Shown here: in pieces, positions 25,572 through 38,777 of the stretch
Numbering within the stretch: position 1 is the first letter of the stretch
How the letters are laid out: each line of letters opens with the position of its first letter
DNA from: Octopus vulgaris
Taxonomy: Eukaryota
Assembly: GCA_951406725.2 (NCBI GenBank)
Contig: OX597828.1
Span: 66,526,001-66,590,000 of the forward strand
DNA length: 64,000 nucleotides
Direction of reading: 5' to 3'
Notes under the pieces: model-generated
Told to the model about the DNA's origin: nothing
Seen by the model: only the letters and a program-made list of their open reading frames with translations
Database searches by the model: none
Translations under genes and position numbers: made by a program

Positions 25572-26248
25572 TATATGGATCTGATGATGAAGAAGATGAT
25601 TCTAGTTCTCCAAGTCGACAACAACAGCAACAGAGGACTGTCCCTTACAGCCAGTCAAGTTCTACAAATGCTGCCTATGTTCACCAAGGGCAGCCCAGTC
25701 CCCCACCTCCATCTTTGCCTGCCAACCATTATGATCAATACTTGCCAGGGCAAGTATCAACATCATCCCAACAGCAACAGCCATTGCAGCATGGACAGTA
25801 TTCTCCTCCGGACCCTAACAATGGAACACCTTATCAACCATGCTCTAGTCCAACAAACTTTGCTAGTAAACAGTCCACAACACAACCACAACAGAACAAC
25901 CATAGGAACTCATATGAACAAATTTTGTCTACACAAGCTTCTCAGTTTGGTGTACCGCGACCACTCAGCCAGTCAACTTTTGCTACATCTACAACTGGGT
26001 TGCAAACATCTCCAGCCTATATCCCTCAGCAACAACCACAGCAACAACAACAGCAGCAGCAACAGCAACCCCAACCCCCTCAATTTAATGGACACACTTC
26101 AGCTGTCGCTGCTAATCAAGGCTACCTTCAACAGTTTGCTAACCAACCACCCCCTTCACAGCAGTTTTCAGGACAACCAAGCAACCAAGCTCCTCCATTC
26201 CAACCACCTCCACCACCTGGCATGTCTTATTGGATGTCTCCTGCCTGA
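25572..26248 (+). CDS. KHDC4: KHDC4-like terminal coding exon
   Basis: GACAG acceptor in phase 1; VYGSDDEEDD acidic motif, Q/P/S-rich region, ends MSYWMSPA*, compare the KHDC4 C-terminal (F)WMAP. Confidence 0.92.
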
Positions 26249-29200
26249 ACAGTGGTTTTTTTGTTGGTTTTTTTTTTTCCAAATTTATTATTTTTTTTTT
26301 TATTGTATCAATTTGCTGTCTGTGACTGTTTTCACTTTGTTGTTGATGAACAAAATATATCGTTGTTCCTTTCTCTCCCGCTTTATTCTTCTCGTGACTG
26401 TAAGAAAACAATTCAGATAGGGGAGAAACTGTCCAGAAAAGGGACAAAAACTTTATTTTGTCAATCATCAAAATAGCATTACCTTTGTCATCACTGGTCT
26501 CAATGTTTTCTCCTCCATTTCACTTCATCCTATATATATATAGCAGTGTATGTCGAGTACATTTTGTGAATCAAGCATTGCAGGGCTAGCAACTTTCAAT
26601 AATCTTACTGGGTTATTTTTGTCCCTCTTCCTCTCACATATATGTGCACACTTAACATATATGCACATACTTATTACACTCAAAACATTGTCATAGACAT
26701 TATACACATAATGACAGATAATTCGTGATTTTTTTTTTCTTCTTTTTCTCCCCTCCCCCCCTTCCCGTGTTAAGACAGGTATTTTTATTTTCATTTTTAC
26801 CTTTAACTCTCCAAAAGCTTCTGAAATTTGAAGATTTATTTATACAGCTATTATTAAATCATTAGCAAATACAGAGTAACATGATTTATCTATTGTTGAT
26901 TTGAATTGCATTATTTGTCCTCTTTCAATATCTTATGACAAACCAAAATTCAGTGATACGTTTATTTTTTTCATTTACTTTTAATCAATTATTTTGTTTT
27001 CTTACTATTTTATTCATAGTAAGTTGGGCTGTGTTTTACAAGTCTTCAACAATTTATGGCACCAATTGTATTTTAGTTACCTTAAAACAGTGTTTACAGT
27101 CATTAACTTTAATTGCATATTTAATTAAGGAGGCAAAGGTTGCTTTCGGGATTCAATCTTAGAACTGGAAACATTGATTGCTGTTTCATTGCCATAACAA
27201 CTGAATATATTGTATGGGGCTGTCATAATAAAATCCTTTTCTTCCCCATTATTACTTTTTGGGGGAACTCCATAGAGTTGCAATTCAAACCTTAAAGTTT
27301 GCCTTAGTTCTGGCGAAATAAATCACTTTTTCACTCTCTGCTAATATGGACTTTTCCTGGTTTTAAAATGATAGAATTATATTGAGTGTTTGTGAATAAT
27401 TTTCTTGTGTACCTATAAGAGTGATTTTTTTAAAAATAACAACTTAGATTCTTCCTGTGATAAATGCAAGCCAGTTGAATTACATTAATTTCAAAAGGTT
27501 CACATTCTTTATATACTTGATATTTCATCCATTCAGGGGGTGGGATTTTGGATTTGTGATTCTAATTGAAAATTCAGAATATTTTGATTAAATTGATTCA
27601 ATTTATTTCTTCTTCTCATGTACGAGTTCCTCTGTTAAATGTAATGAAAATGTTGCTTAATCATTTTAGCCTTAGTATTTTAAACTTTTCAAGACCACAG
27701 TTGCTTGGAGACCCCTGCAATGAAAGCACATACAAAAATAGATATTGTTGTGGCTATTTTCAAATTACTTTTATTCTAAATGAACATTTTAGTGGCACCA
27801 GCCATTCTGGTCTTGAAATAGTTTAACAATGGCAAAAATTATTAGATGAGAGGGGGAAAGTCTTCCATATAACTATATTTGTTTTGTTTTGTTTTTTCTT
27901 TACAGTTATTTTTAGCCAATGCATAGTTAGAAATTCTTGTCTTATTAATATTATATCAGATCCCTCTCTACAAAATGTGAAGGATTGTGAGACAAAGAAA
28001 GGGTCATATTTAATACTTTTGCATTTGCAACAGAAGAAAAATGTATGCATTGCTTTTTAATTAAATTATTTTCAAATTTATTTGTGCCTTCAACTTGCTG
28101 CTTAGATTTAAATCATTCATGTTTTAAACTGAGAATGATTAAATTTTTCGTTATTAAGGTTTTTTTTTTTTTTCATCAATGTAGACTTAATTCTTCTGCA
28201 AACTGAATTTATAATTGTTTCCTAGAAATATTATTACTTTATGTAATGACTAGATTCATGATCTTACATATAATAAGAATTCTTTATTGTAGATTGATTT
28301 CACTCTATAATCAGTTTGTTTCATCTTACATTCTTGAAAGTCTCCCTTTTATTGTAGAAACATAGAACCATTTTTTTTTTATATAACTGATCTATTTTAT
28401 CTGTAATGATTGATTACATTCACTTGGCACATACAAATATTTATTTATTTAAATTCCTGCACATTTTCTTTTTCCAATATTATTCAAAATATTTTTCTTA
28501 GAAAAAAAGAAAAACATGAAAAAAATTTTATATATATATATATGTACGTATGTATATATATATATATTAACCTTATTAATATGTGGTGTTCTGTGTCTGG
28601 GAATGGGGAATTGTAACGAAATATATATTTTTAAATGCTGTCTACCAGCAGTGATTAATTTTAGAACTTGGACTTGAGAAACCAACATTTTCTTAACTAA
28701 TTTCACTGGTTCAACTACATCTCCCTATCTCTTCATTTCCAATTGCACATGCTTCTGTAATTCCTGTTTTGTGTTTTCCTGTGTTGGATAATGTCAGATT
28801 GTCATTATTGGAGATAACACCTTACAACTAGCTTGTTGCCAGAACAATCTCTCAGAACACACAAACTTTCCTATAATTTAGTGTTTTGTGGGGTGTGCAG
28901 CAGAGGAGTACAGTTTTTGTGATTCTTTTTAAAAACCTCTCTCTCTAATTATTTTGATGAATAGTTTGAACAAGCTCTTTTTCAAATTGTCCCTCCACCT
29001 GCTTGGTTTTTTTTTTTCTCATTTCCATCCTTTGAAAGCAAAAGCTGTACAATCAGTTACTTTGCTGTTTGAAATGATGCCTTAAACTAGGATGTCTCTA
29101 TAAGAAGTATTTATCCGCTGATCTTCCTCCCTAACCTGCTACACTCCCTATTTCTTAAAATGTATGCATTGTCTGCACTACATATCATGGTGCTCATTAT

Positions 29201-29930
29201 TTACTGAGAATTCCTGTAAATATATTATAAATACAAATTATTTTTCTCCATTTCAGAGGATTGATGATTCATAGAGCTGTTTATAATAATAATAATAATA
29301 ATAATTCATGTGTGTGCCTGTTTGTTAGTTGATATTTGCTAACTAAATAAAAGTGATTTGGTCTCTTTGAAGAGGACTGAATTGAGACTTTGTCAGTGAT
29401 AGCTTTCAAGATTCTCTCTCTTTCTCTCTCTCTTTTCCCCATCCTCAACAGATAATGGGGGATAAAAAAAAGCCTTTTCTATTAATGTATTTCTTGTAAT
29501 TTTACCCCCCTATATAGTATTTTAATGATTAGAAGGGAGTTGAATTTTCTGAATGCAGAAAGATTGAAAAGAGAAAGAGAGAATAAACTGAATGAAGGCA
29601 CGAAAGAGAAGTGATGAGGTTCATTACTTTCCCTTACAATGTGCAGCAATATAATAACGATGATAATAATAATTAATAATAATAGCTCTGATACTTGACA
29701 AAGTCTCAATGGTACTACAAGTACCAAGACAAATGGTTCCAGTCCTGCAGAGAACAAAACTTGGGACACAGTTTGTGATCTCTCTCCTGCCCTTTTCTTG
29801 GTTATATTGAAGTGGGCTATATTGTGAAAATTGTAAAACATTCTCTTTCATATTTGTATATATTTGCTGGTGTTTAGAATTTGTCATATTTGTGTCCTTC
29901 ACATCCTTAAATAAATTGTTATATTGCTAC
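26249..29930 (+). other. Probable long 3'UTR of the KHDC4-like gene with poly(A) signal
   Basis: About 3.7 kb, T-rich and free of SINE/LINE copies unlike its flanks; AATAAA at 29910-29915 followed by T/GT-rich sequence. Confidence 0.6.
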
Positions 29931-30271
29931 TATATTGTCTTCATTTAATTATTGTTGTTTATTTCACATACGCCTGTACACTTTATCGCCTTTTTTTTTC
30001 TAGAAGGATAATAATTGAATCAGCTGATGAGTGTTAAAGGTAAAAATTTTATTGGAATCCTGAAAAGGGTTTTGTCTCCAGCAGAACGTATGTTCAGAAG
30101 AAAATGAGGCAAAACGAAATTCTTTAAGATAGTCTACAATTACTAACCATTAGGTTATCATATTTGGTCAGTCCAAATAATTTAGTTTACCAAACAAACT
30201 CATTATATTTAAAAACAAAGGTGGGAGCATGAGAAGACACTAATTAAGAAAATATTTTATTAATATACAAA

Positions 30272-30660
30272 TAGGCATAGACATGGCTGTGTGGTAAGAA
30301 GCTTGCTTCTCAACCACATGGTTCTGGGATCAGTCTTATTGCATGGCACCTGGGTCAAGTGTCTTCCGGTATAGTCTTGGGCCAACCAAAGCCTTGTGAG
30401 TGAGTGAGTTTGGTGGACAGAAGCTGAAAGAAGCCAATTATATATATGTACATATATATATATATCTATGTGCCTGTGTCTTTCCCCCACCACCATTTGA
30501 CAACCAGTGTTGGTGTGTTTACGTCCCTGTAACTTAGCGGTTCAGCAAAAGACACTGATAGAATAAGTACCAGGCTTAGAAAATACAAAAAAAAATCAAG
30601 TACTTGGATTCTTCAAGGCATGGCTGTAGTCTAACGACTGAAACAAGTAAATGATTAAAG
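30272..30660 (+). mobile_element. tRNA-derived SINE with internal microsatellite
   Basis: TGGCTGTGTGG head, CORE-like CCTGGGTCAAGT, internal (TA)n, GACTGAAACAAGTAAA end. Confidence 0.82.
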
Positions 30661-31505
30661 ATATTCAAATGTGCACGTTATCATTTGTGTATCTCATCAT
30701 TCCGGCAGGATTCTCTTCTTTCCCCCCCCCCGCCACTCCTTACTCTACAAATTATATTCCTTAGGAGAGTATTGAACTTCAGTGCTACAAGCAAACAAAA
30801 GCACAGTTTAGTTGCTTACAGCAATGAGTTGTTGCTATGTTGTCATATCCGTTTGTAGTTTGATAGACTAGGCTATGAAGTTCACTGATCTTAGCCGCTA
30901 ATACTAACACAGTAACATTTTCGTTAGTAATGTTCCAACTTAAACATCTATAAAGAATAATGAACTTGTATACAGTGCTGAGATGCACTGCAACTCCTCA
31001 AAAAAAGTAATCAAAACTGCATGAAGAGTACGTAGTGAATGGTGAATAAGTCTTTAAAAAAAAAGAAGTGGAGGTGAGAGGTGTTGGGAAATATCAGGAA
31101 GCATGGAAGTTTTGAAAGTTGTCTTTCTATCTCTGCCCTTCACCACCACCCCATATGCATTTTACGCTAGCCCCGGAAATAACGGTCTCACTTCTCGATT
31201 CAAATTCTGGCTGTCAACTTCGTTCGGAAAATGAATTCCAGCTAAGCAATCTTTTTAACTTAATTCAGCCTGTATTTACCAGAAATATTTCTATGCAATT
31301 GATTGATCTTTAGTTTCCCCTGTTTTATCTCTATTTATGTTATGACTTTTCGACTCTTACTCTGTTTCTTTCAGCCTCGCCTCGTGTTATATATTATGTA
31401 TAATTCATTAGTTCTTCTCAAATATATTGTTGTCTCTCTCATGTCCTCACTGGCGCTCACACATGGCTGCTAGTTTTCGCGGGGGCACCCGCCCTCCCAC
31501 CCCCT

Positions 31506-31655
31506 CCACCGTTACAGGAAGTCCTAAATTTTCTCATCCTTGTTGTCTCCCATGTACACTTCAAAGTCTTACGCCGCCCCCACCGCTACAGGAAGTCCTA
31601 AATTTTCTCATCCTTGTTGTCTCCCATGTACACTTCAAAGTCTTACGCCACCCCA
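31506..31655. repeat. 74-bp tandem duplication upstream of the LINE ORF
   Basis: TACAGGAAGTCCTAAATTTTCTCATCC...TCTTACGCC starts at 31513 and again at 31587. Confidence 0.92.
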
Positions 31656-31679
31656 CCTCCTTCCATAAAAGGTAGTGGT

Positions 31680-34600
31680 CATTCATTGCAAGATATGTTT
31701 AGTGTAGCGTACGCGGTTTGAACTTGAGTTTTATTGTTTGTCTATGAATCCTGTCAAACGCGAGTTTTCTTTTCAGGTTCATGATGCTACTAGGGCCAAT
31801 ACCTCCCACTCCCTCAGGGTTGGCACCCTCAACGTTGGCACACTGAAAGGCAGATCTGGAGAGATCGTTGAATTGCTTGAACGGAGGTGTGTTGATATAT
31901 GCTGTATTCAAGAAGTGAGGTGGAGAGGAGGTTCTGCTAGGTTCCTCACAGGTAAAGGACAGAGGTACAAGATTTTCTGGGCTGGGAATACTGACGGGGT
32001 TGGGGGTGTGGGTATACTTATGGCCGAAAAATGGGTAGATAAGGTAATCGAGGTAGTCAGAGTATGTGACAGAATACTGAAGATTAGATTAGTGCTCCAT
32101 CATAGTTTAGCAACTATTATATCGGCCTATGCCTCTCAGCCAGGGCTACCCGATGGACAGAAAGACCGTTTCTATGACACCCTACTGCAGACCACCTCAT
32201 TGATGAATGACAGGGACCTTCTCTTTGTGGTTGGTGACTTCAATGGGCATGTTGGACGATATGCTGGGGGCTTCCATGGAGGCTATGGTTATGGTTCCCG
32301 CAACGAGGAGGGAATCAGGCTGCTGGAGTTCTGTGATGCGAATAGTCTTATGGTTTGCAACACTAACTTCAGGAAACCGACAAGCCACTTGGTCACCTAC
32401 CGATCGGGCCGGCATACTAGCCAAATCGACTACATCCTTGCCAGAAAAAGGGAAAGATGGCTGCTTATAAATGCCAAAACCTTCCCAGGCGAAGAATGTA
32501 CCCCACAACATAGACTGGTAGTTAGTGACTTTAGGATCAGGACTAAGAGGACGACTAGAAGTCGACCAACATGGAGAAGAAGGGTCTGGAAGCTTAAAGA
32601 CCCTGCAAATGGACAGAGATTCAGAGACATGTTACTTGAAGCCTTTGATGAAATAGAAGGGGGTATAGCTACACATGGGGTAGAAGATAACTGGACGCTT
32701 CTAAGGGACAACCTGCTGAAAGCCGCTGACCAGATCTGTGGCTAGTGCAAAGTCCCCTCAAGACCCAAAATAACGTGGTGGTGGAACAATATTGTTGACA
32801 GGGCTATTAGACAAAAGAAACAGGCTTGGAAGAACGGTGGTAGCAGGGAAGTGTATCAGACTGCCAGAAGGGAAGCTAGGAGGCAGGTGTATTTGGCCAG
32901 AGGGGAAGCAGATAAGAAAAAATTTGCCAATGTTCTGCGCCGTGAGGATGAAAGACTTGAGGTATTTCGTGTTACAAGACAGTGTGTGAGAGAGAATCGT
33001 GATGTGGTAGGAGAGAAATGTGTTCGCAAGGATGACGGTTCACTTGCGCTAAATGAGGATGCAAAGAGAGAGGTTTGGAGACGCCACTATGAAAGGTTGC
33101 TGAATGAGGAAAATGAATGGGATAAAGAGAGTCTGCCGAATGTCGACCCAACAGAGGGACCAGCAATCCGAGTTGACAGTTCCTTAGTAGTTAAGGCAAT
33201 TACAAGCATGAAAACAAGGAAAGCCCCTGGCCCATCAGGAATTACTTGCAGAGATGCTCAAAATATCTGGTAGTGCTGGCTATAGCCTAGTCACCCATAT
33301 AGTTAACCAGGTGATACACGAAGGAGTCATACCCAATTACTGGTGTAGCAGCATAATAGTCAACTGCTACAAAGGTAAAGGTGACGCTCTAGATACAAAT
33401 TACTGGGGTATCAAACTGCTGGATCAGGTAATGAAGGTCACGGAGAGGGTTATAGCCCAACTAATTAGAGAGAGAGTTAGCTTAGATGAGATGCAGTTTG
33501 GGTTCGTGCCAGGGAAAAGTACTACTGATGCTATATTCCTGGTAAGGCAGCTGCAGGAGAAATATCTAGCCAAAGATAAGCCCCTGTACCTGGCTTTTGT
33601 TGATATGGAGAAAGCCTTCGACAGGGTCCCCTGATCCCTTATCTGGTGGTCAATGAGGAAACTAGGGATAGATGAATGGTTAGTGAGAGCTGTGCGAGCC
33701 ATGTACAGAGACGCTGCTAGTAAGGTGAGGGTTGGCAACGAGTACAGTGAAGAATTCCGGGTAGAGGTTGGGGTCCACCAAGGTTCAGTCCTCAGTCTCC
33801 TCCTATTTATCATAGTCCTCCAGGCAATAACGGAGGAATTCAAGACAGGATGCCCCTGGGAGCTCCTCTATGCTGATGACCTTGCTCTAATTGCTGAGTC
33901 ACTATCAGAACTGGAGGAGAAGTTTCAGGTGTGGAAGCAAGGTTTAGAATCGAAGGGCCTTAGAATCAACCTAGCCAAAACCAAAGTCCTAATAAGTAGG
34001 AAGGTAGACCAATCACAAACGACTTCAGGTAGATGGCCCTGCTCGATTTGCAAAAAAGGCATAGGTAGAAACTCTATAAGGTGCACCAAGTGTAAGCTAT
34101 GGACACATAAGAGGTGTAGCAATGTCAAAGGAAGGCTAACTAGGAAAATAGTTTTTATCTGTGGCAGATGCTCAGGAGTAATAAACACTGAAAATGTGAA
34201 GAGACCAACTTCTACCACGTTCCAGGGAGAAAAACTAGAAGTAGTTGATAGCTTCCGCTATCTAGGTGACCAAGTCAGTAGCGGGGGTGGGTGTGCTGAA
34301 AGTGTAACTGCTAGAGTAAGAATAGCCTGGGCAAAGTTTAGAGAGCTCTTACCCCTGCTGGTGACAAAAGGCCTCTCGCTCAGAGTAAAAGGCAGACTGT
34401 ATGATGCATGTGTACGTACAGCCATGTTACATGGCAGTGAAACATGGGCTGTGACTGCTGAGGATATGCATAAGCTCGCAAGAAATGAAGCCAGTATGCT
34501 CCGATGGATGTGTAATGTCAGTGTTCATACTCGACAGAGTGTAAGTACCTTGAGAGAAAAGTTGGACCTAAGAAGCATCAGTTGTGGTGTGCAAGAGAGA

Positions 34601-35427
34601 CGTTTGTGCTGGGATGGTCATGTGGCGAGAATGGATGAAGATAGTTGTATGAAAAAGTGCCACACCCTAGCAGTTGAGGGAACCTGTGGAAGAGGTAGAC
34701 CCAGGAAAACCTGGGACGAGGTGGTGAAGCACGACCTTCGAACTTTAGGTCTCACCAAGGAAATGACTAGAGACCGAGACCTATGAAAGTATGCTGTGCG
34801 TGAGAAGACCCGGCAAGACTAGTGAGAACATAACCTGTGGCCTACATACCTTTCCTTCTTGGGACACAAAACTCCACTTGTGAAGACCCGTTGAGGCAAG
34901 TGAAAATGAAAATCAAAATCAAACCAAATCAAATCCAATATAAGAAAGCAGAACCAAAATCAAAGTCGATCAACATCAATGGAAACTGCAGCTGTGGTAC
35001 CAGTGCCGGTGACAAGTAAGCGAACCATCCGATCGTGGCCGTTGCCAGCGCTGCCCTGACTGGCCTCCGTGCCGGTGGCACATAAAAGCACCATCCGTTC
35101 GTGTCCGTTGCCAACCTCGCCTGGCCCCTGTGCCGGTGGCACATAGCACCATCCATTTGTGGCCGTTGCCAGCCTCGCCTGGCCCCCGTGCCGGTGACAC
35201 GTAAAAAGCACCATCTGTCCATGGCCGTTTGCCAGCTCCATCTGGCACCTTGTGCAGGTGGCACGTAAAAAGCACCCACTACACTCACGGAGTGGTTGGC
35301 ATTAGGAAGGGCATCCAACTGTAGAAACACTGCCAGATCAGACTGGGCCTGATGCAGCCTTCTGGCTTCACAGACCAACCCATGCTAGCATGGAAAGCGG
35401 ACGCTAAATGATGATGATGATGATGAT
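31680..35427 (+). mobile_element. Near full-length RTE-clade LINE (5' boundary uncertain)
   Basis: Single APE+RT ORF architecture, about 600-bp 3'UTR with tandem hairpin units, ending in a (GAT)n tail. Confidence 0.93.
31738..34822 (+). pseudogene. RTE ORF2 (APE endonuclease - RT - PHD), disrupted
   Basis: APE motifs LNVGTL, CIQEVRW, GDFNGH, IDYIL, QHRLV; RT motifs QFGF, FVDMEKAFDRV, GVHQGSVLS, YADD (33869-33880). Premature stops at 32743-45, 33632-34 and 34784-86, and a +1 frameshift near 33246. Confidence 0.93.
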
Positions 35428-36216
35428 AGTGTCCTGACAGCTAACAACTGATGCTGGTAGTTTATTCCATACTACAGCGATTCGGAGCATGAAAAAGTGT
35501 TTCTAAAGGTCATGGGTACTCTGTTGTTTTTCGATTTTGTAAGCATGTCCACAAGTGTTAGACATATGGAATTCAAAATGGTGCACAAGGTTGTTAGAAA
35601 GATGATAAGAGTCTTGTGGGTGTCTACTTAGTTGCCAGATGTTGGAGCTTTGATGTGTCCATGCCCAGAGAAGCAAGATGTTCAGAGTTCAGTAGATGCC
35701 TGACGGCAGATATTCTGAGCTGGTTCTGAAAAGTTTCCAGGAAACTGACATGCCAGACAAGACAGGGGTCTCCAGTGCAACCATCATTGTGATTTCCTCT
35801 CTCTGTACTTACATAACAGTTCCAGTTTAGCTCCTACTTGAAGTTTGAAACCTTTCCAAAAGCATAAATCTGTTAAAATCTTGAAGTAGCTTTAGTAAAA
35901 CTTAGCTGCTACTGTCTACATCAAATTTTTAGCTGAATATCCATCTGCGTACTAAAATTCAAACTGCTTCTTTGTGTGCTCTTTGTTTTCAGACCTAAAC
36001 TACACATTGTCAGGGTAAAATATTTGACTTGTAGACATTAGTCTTTGAGCAAGAAATAAATTTCAAGGGAATCTGATCCTAACAAACTTCAAAATATAAG
36101 AATTTTGTTCGTTATTCTAACATGTCCCTTTTTCTGAATGACAAAATGAAAAGAACATGCTGCCATTGTGTATACATACATGCATACATTTGTGTGTGTG
36201 TGTGTATATATATATA

Positions 36217-36440
36217 TCATCATCATCGTTTAACGTCTGTTTTCCATGTTAGCATGGGTTGGACGGTTCAACCGGGGTCTGGGAAGCCAGGAGGTTGCAC
36301 CAGGCCCAGTCTGATCTGGCAGTGTTTCTGGATGCCCTTCCTAACGCCAACTACTCCATGAGTGTAGTGGGTGTTTTTTACATGCCACCGGCACAGGTAT
36401 CACAACTACAATTTCCATTTGATATTTATTTTGATGTTGA
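36217..36440 (-). mobile_element. RTE LINE 3'-tail copy
   Basis: CATCATCATCGTTTAACG..CCATGTTAGCATGGGTTGG..GGATGCCCTTCCTAACGCCAAC is the reverse complement of the LINE tail. Confidence 0.8.
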
Positions 36441-38019
36441 TGTACTTGACTCAATAAGTCTCCTCAAGCACAGCAGGTCACCCAACGATCCAAGGTTAGC
36501 ACAGCAGGTCGTTCTGCAATCCAAGGTACTTTGGATGGGCTGGGGCTATGCGAAACTGGTGCAGGAAGCAGCCATGAACTCACATTATTTGTCGGGAAAA
36601 GTAGTAAATTGCTTAAAAGTTTTTGTCATCATTGGTATTCAGTGGAATACCAATGATTCCATTGAATACCTATAACAGAACTCTTAAGTCCTACTGACTT
36701 CACAGGCAGTGCCAGAAATGGGGACTAGCAACATTTATACATTCCTGTATGACATTAGTAACATTAGCAATGAGAAATAGCTGTAATTATTTAGCTAATA
36801 ACTTAGTTATTTAGTTAGTAATGTAAAATTAGGTCATAGATTCAAGTTACTACGAACTTAACTTCACAGCATGCATCAGAGTGAAACAGTCGATGATATA
36901 ATACAAAAATACTTTAGTGGTAACAGCAGTGGCAAATAATAGCTAGAATATTGATTCGATAAGAAGAGGAGTAGAAGCAATAATGGAAATGTTGCTTTAG
37001 AATGAGAAGTGGGGTGTTTATAGACAGCAGATAAAATGAAAGAAACAATATCACAGCTTTTCTGTTTGCTGGAACAATTTAATGCAAATGGCCTGGAACT
37101 AAACTTGTTTCATATTTTTCTTTCATGTTTTATCGTTCATTTCCATCCATCTAACCATCTGACACTTCCTTCAATTGCTAATAAATAGACAGGCACATTT
37201 ATTTGTGTGTGTATGTGTAAGCCACATATACATGTCTTTATATAAATTCACTCGATTTGAAAATTTGGTGATAATTTCACGCAACATGATATTTAACCCT
37301 TTTGAAGCATTCCTACAGGCAAACGTTATATGATTATAACACGATGCAACTTTTCCTGCCATTAATCAATGAATGGACTACTTCAAGATCATAGTAGTTA
37401 TAACTTGTATAAACCAATACTAACAGCAGGTCACCTCTTATCGATACATTAATGCTTTAAAATCCATCACTGTTAGCAGCCTTGCTAGTACTACACAGAA
37501 GTATTAAGAACGGTTTACACATAAAAGCCAATCAAATTTCGATTGGTGAGTCGGGGGCTTCAGAAAACTGACTTGAATGGAAAATTGAACAGTTTGTAGT
37601 TCAATAAAAAACAGAAAAAGTCTCTTCTATGCAATTATTCAATGTGTTAGAAATAGTAGCCAAATCTCCCTCAAATAACATCCTAGCATCTTGGAAAAGG
37701 GAGGACACACTAATAAACACACAAAGTAGTTATAGACATGAAAAAAACTGATTATTTTGTCATGGCTGGGATGTCTGATGGAGAGATCTGCTGGATCAGA
37801 GCTAAACAAAAGCAAAAACATAAGAGAAATCCAGTCGACAGCTTTTGACTGCACAACACACATTGCATTTGTGAAGTAAGCAGATATGACGTATTGTGGA
37901 TTGATGAGTGGGAAGTTGTGGAAGAGGGAGACCAAAGAAGACACAGAATGCAGTATTGCTGAACCTTACAAAGGAGATGACAGGACTAAGATGTGTGGCA
38001 CCTTATTGAATTCAAGAAA

Positions 38020-38360
38020 ACCTGCCAACCACAACAGAATTGAGATTCTAAAACCAAGGTGCCATGTAAAAAAGCACTGGTGCTGGTGCCATGTAAAAAA
38101 GCCGCATAAAAAGCACCCAGTACACTCTGTAAAGTGGTTAGCATTAGGAAGGGCCATGCAGCCATAGAAACCAAGCTGAAACAGACTATGGAACTTGCTG
38201 CAGCCTCCCACCTTGCAAGTTCCTCTCAAGTCTTCCAACTCATGCCAGCATGGAAAATGGATGTTAAATAATAATAATGATGATGATGATGGTGGTGGTG
38301 GTGATGATGATGATGATGATGATGAGGAGGAGGAGGAGGAGGAGGAGGAGGAGGAGGAGG
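38020..38360 (+). mobile_element. RTE 3'-tail copy with expanded compound trinucleotide tail
   Basis: Tail motif followed by (AAT)(GAT)(GGT)(GAT)(GAG) runs at 38268-38360. Confidence 0.8.
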
Positions 38361-38731
38361 ATTGATGTGTTAGGCATATTTGTGCTGTTGTATTTGACAG
38401 TAATGAGCTGAGCAATCATGAGATAAAAATGAACAGAGTGAATATCTCTTCAGAAGAATATTTCATTTCACAAGAAATTTCAATTAGAAACAAGCTCTTT
38501 TAACCAACCATAAATAACCAACTGTTTCTACACTCTTAATTTATAAAGGGGGCAAAGCAAAAAATGCTACAAAAGTTATCTGTGGAATGACATAATTTTG
38601 GAGGTGTTTTTGTCCATTACTGCAGGCATGGCTGTGTAGTAAGAAATTTGCTGGACAGAAACTGAAAGAGACCTGTATGTATTTACATTATTTACATTTG
38701 ACCGATATTTGCCCTCATCTTGTCTGTTGGT

Positions 38732-38777
38732 AACACAACGTTTCAGCTGATATACCTTCCGGCCTTCATCAGGTGTC
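38732..38777 (-). ncRNA. Minimal type-I hammerhead ribozyme motif
   Basis: Minus strand GACAC CTGATGA A GGCCG GAAGGTATAT CAGCT GAAAC GTT GTGTT: stem I GACAC/GTGTT, intact core, palindromic AACGTT stem III, GUU site. Confidence 0.75.

Noticed and set aside
25575-26420. 281-aa overlapping ORF in an alternative frame of the last KHDC4 exon
   Set aside because: Shadow of CAA/CAG/CCA-rich codons. The frame-shifting splice routes I tested (donor 20171, skipping 21033-21172) hit stops before reaching it.
32197-34218. Antisense and alternate-frame ORFs within the LINE
   Set aside because: Expected shadows of the GC-richer ORF2; no recognisable motifs.
35003-35280. CRISPR-like look of hairpin repeats with variable spacers
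   Set aside because: Eukaryotic context, spacers are similar to each other, no cas genes; it is a LINE 3'UTR tandem array.
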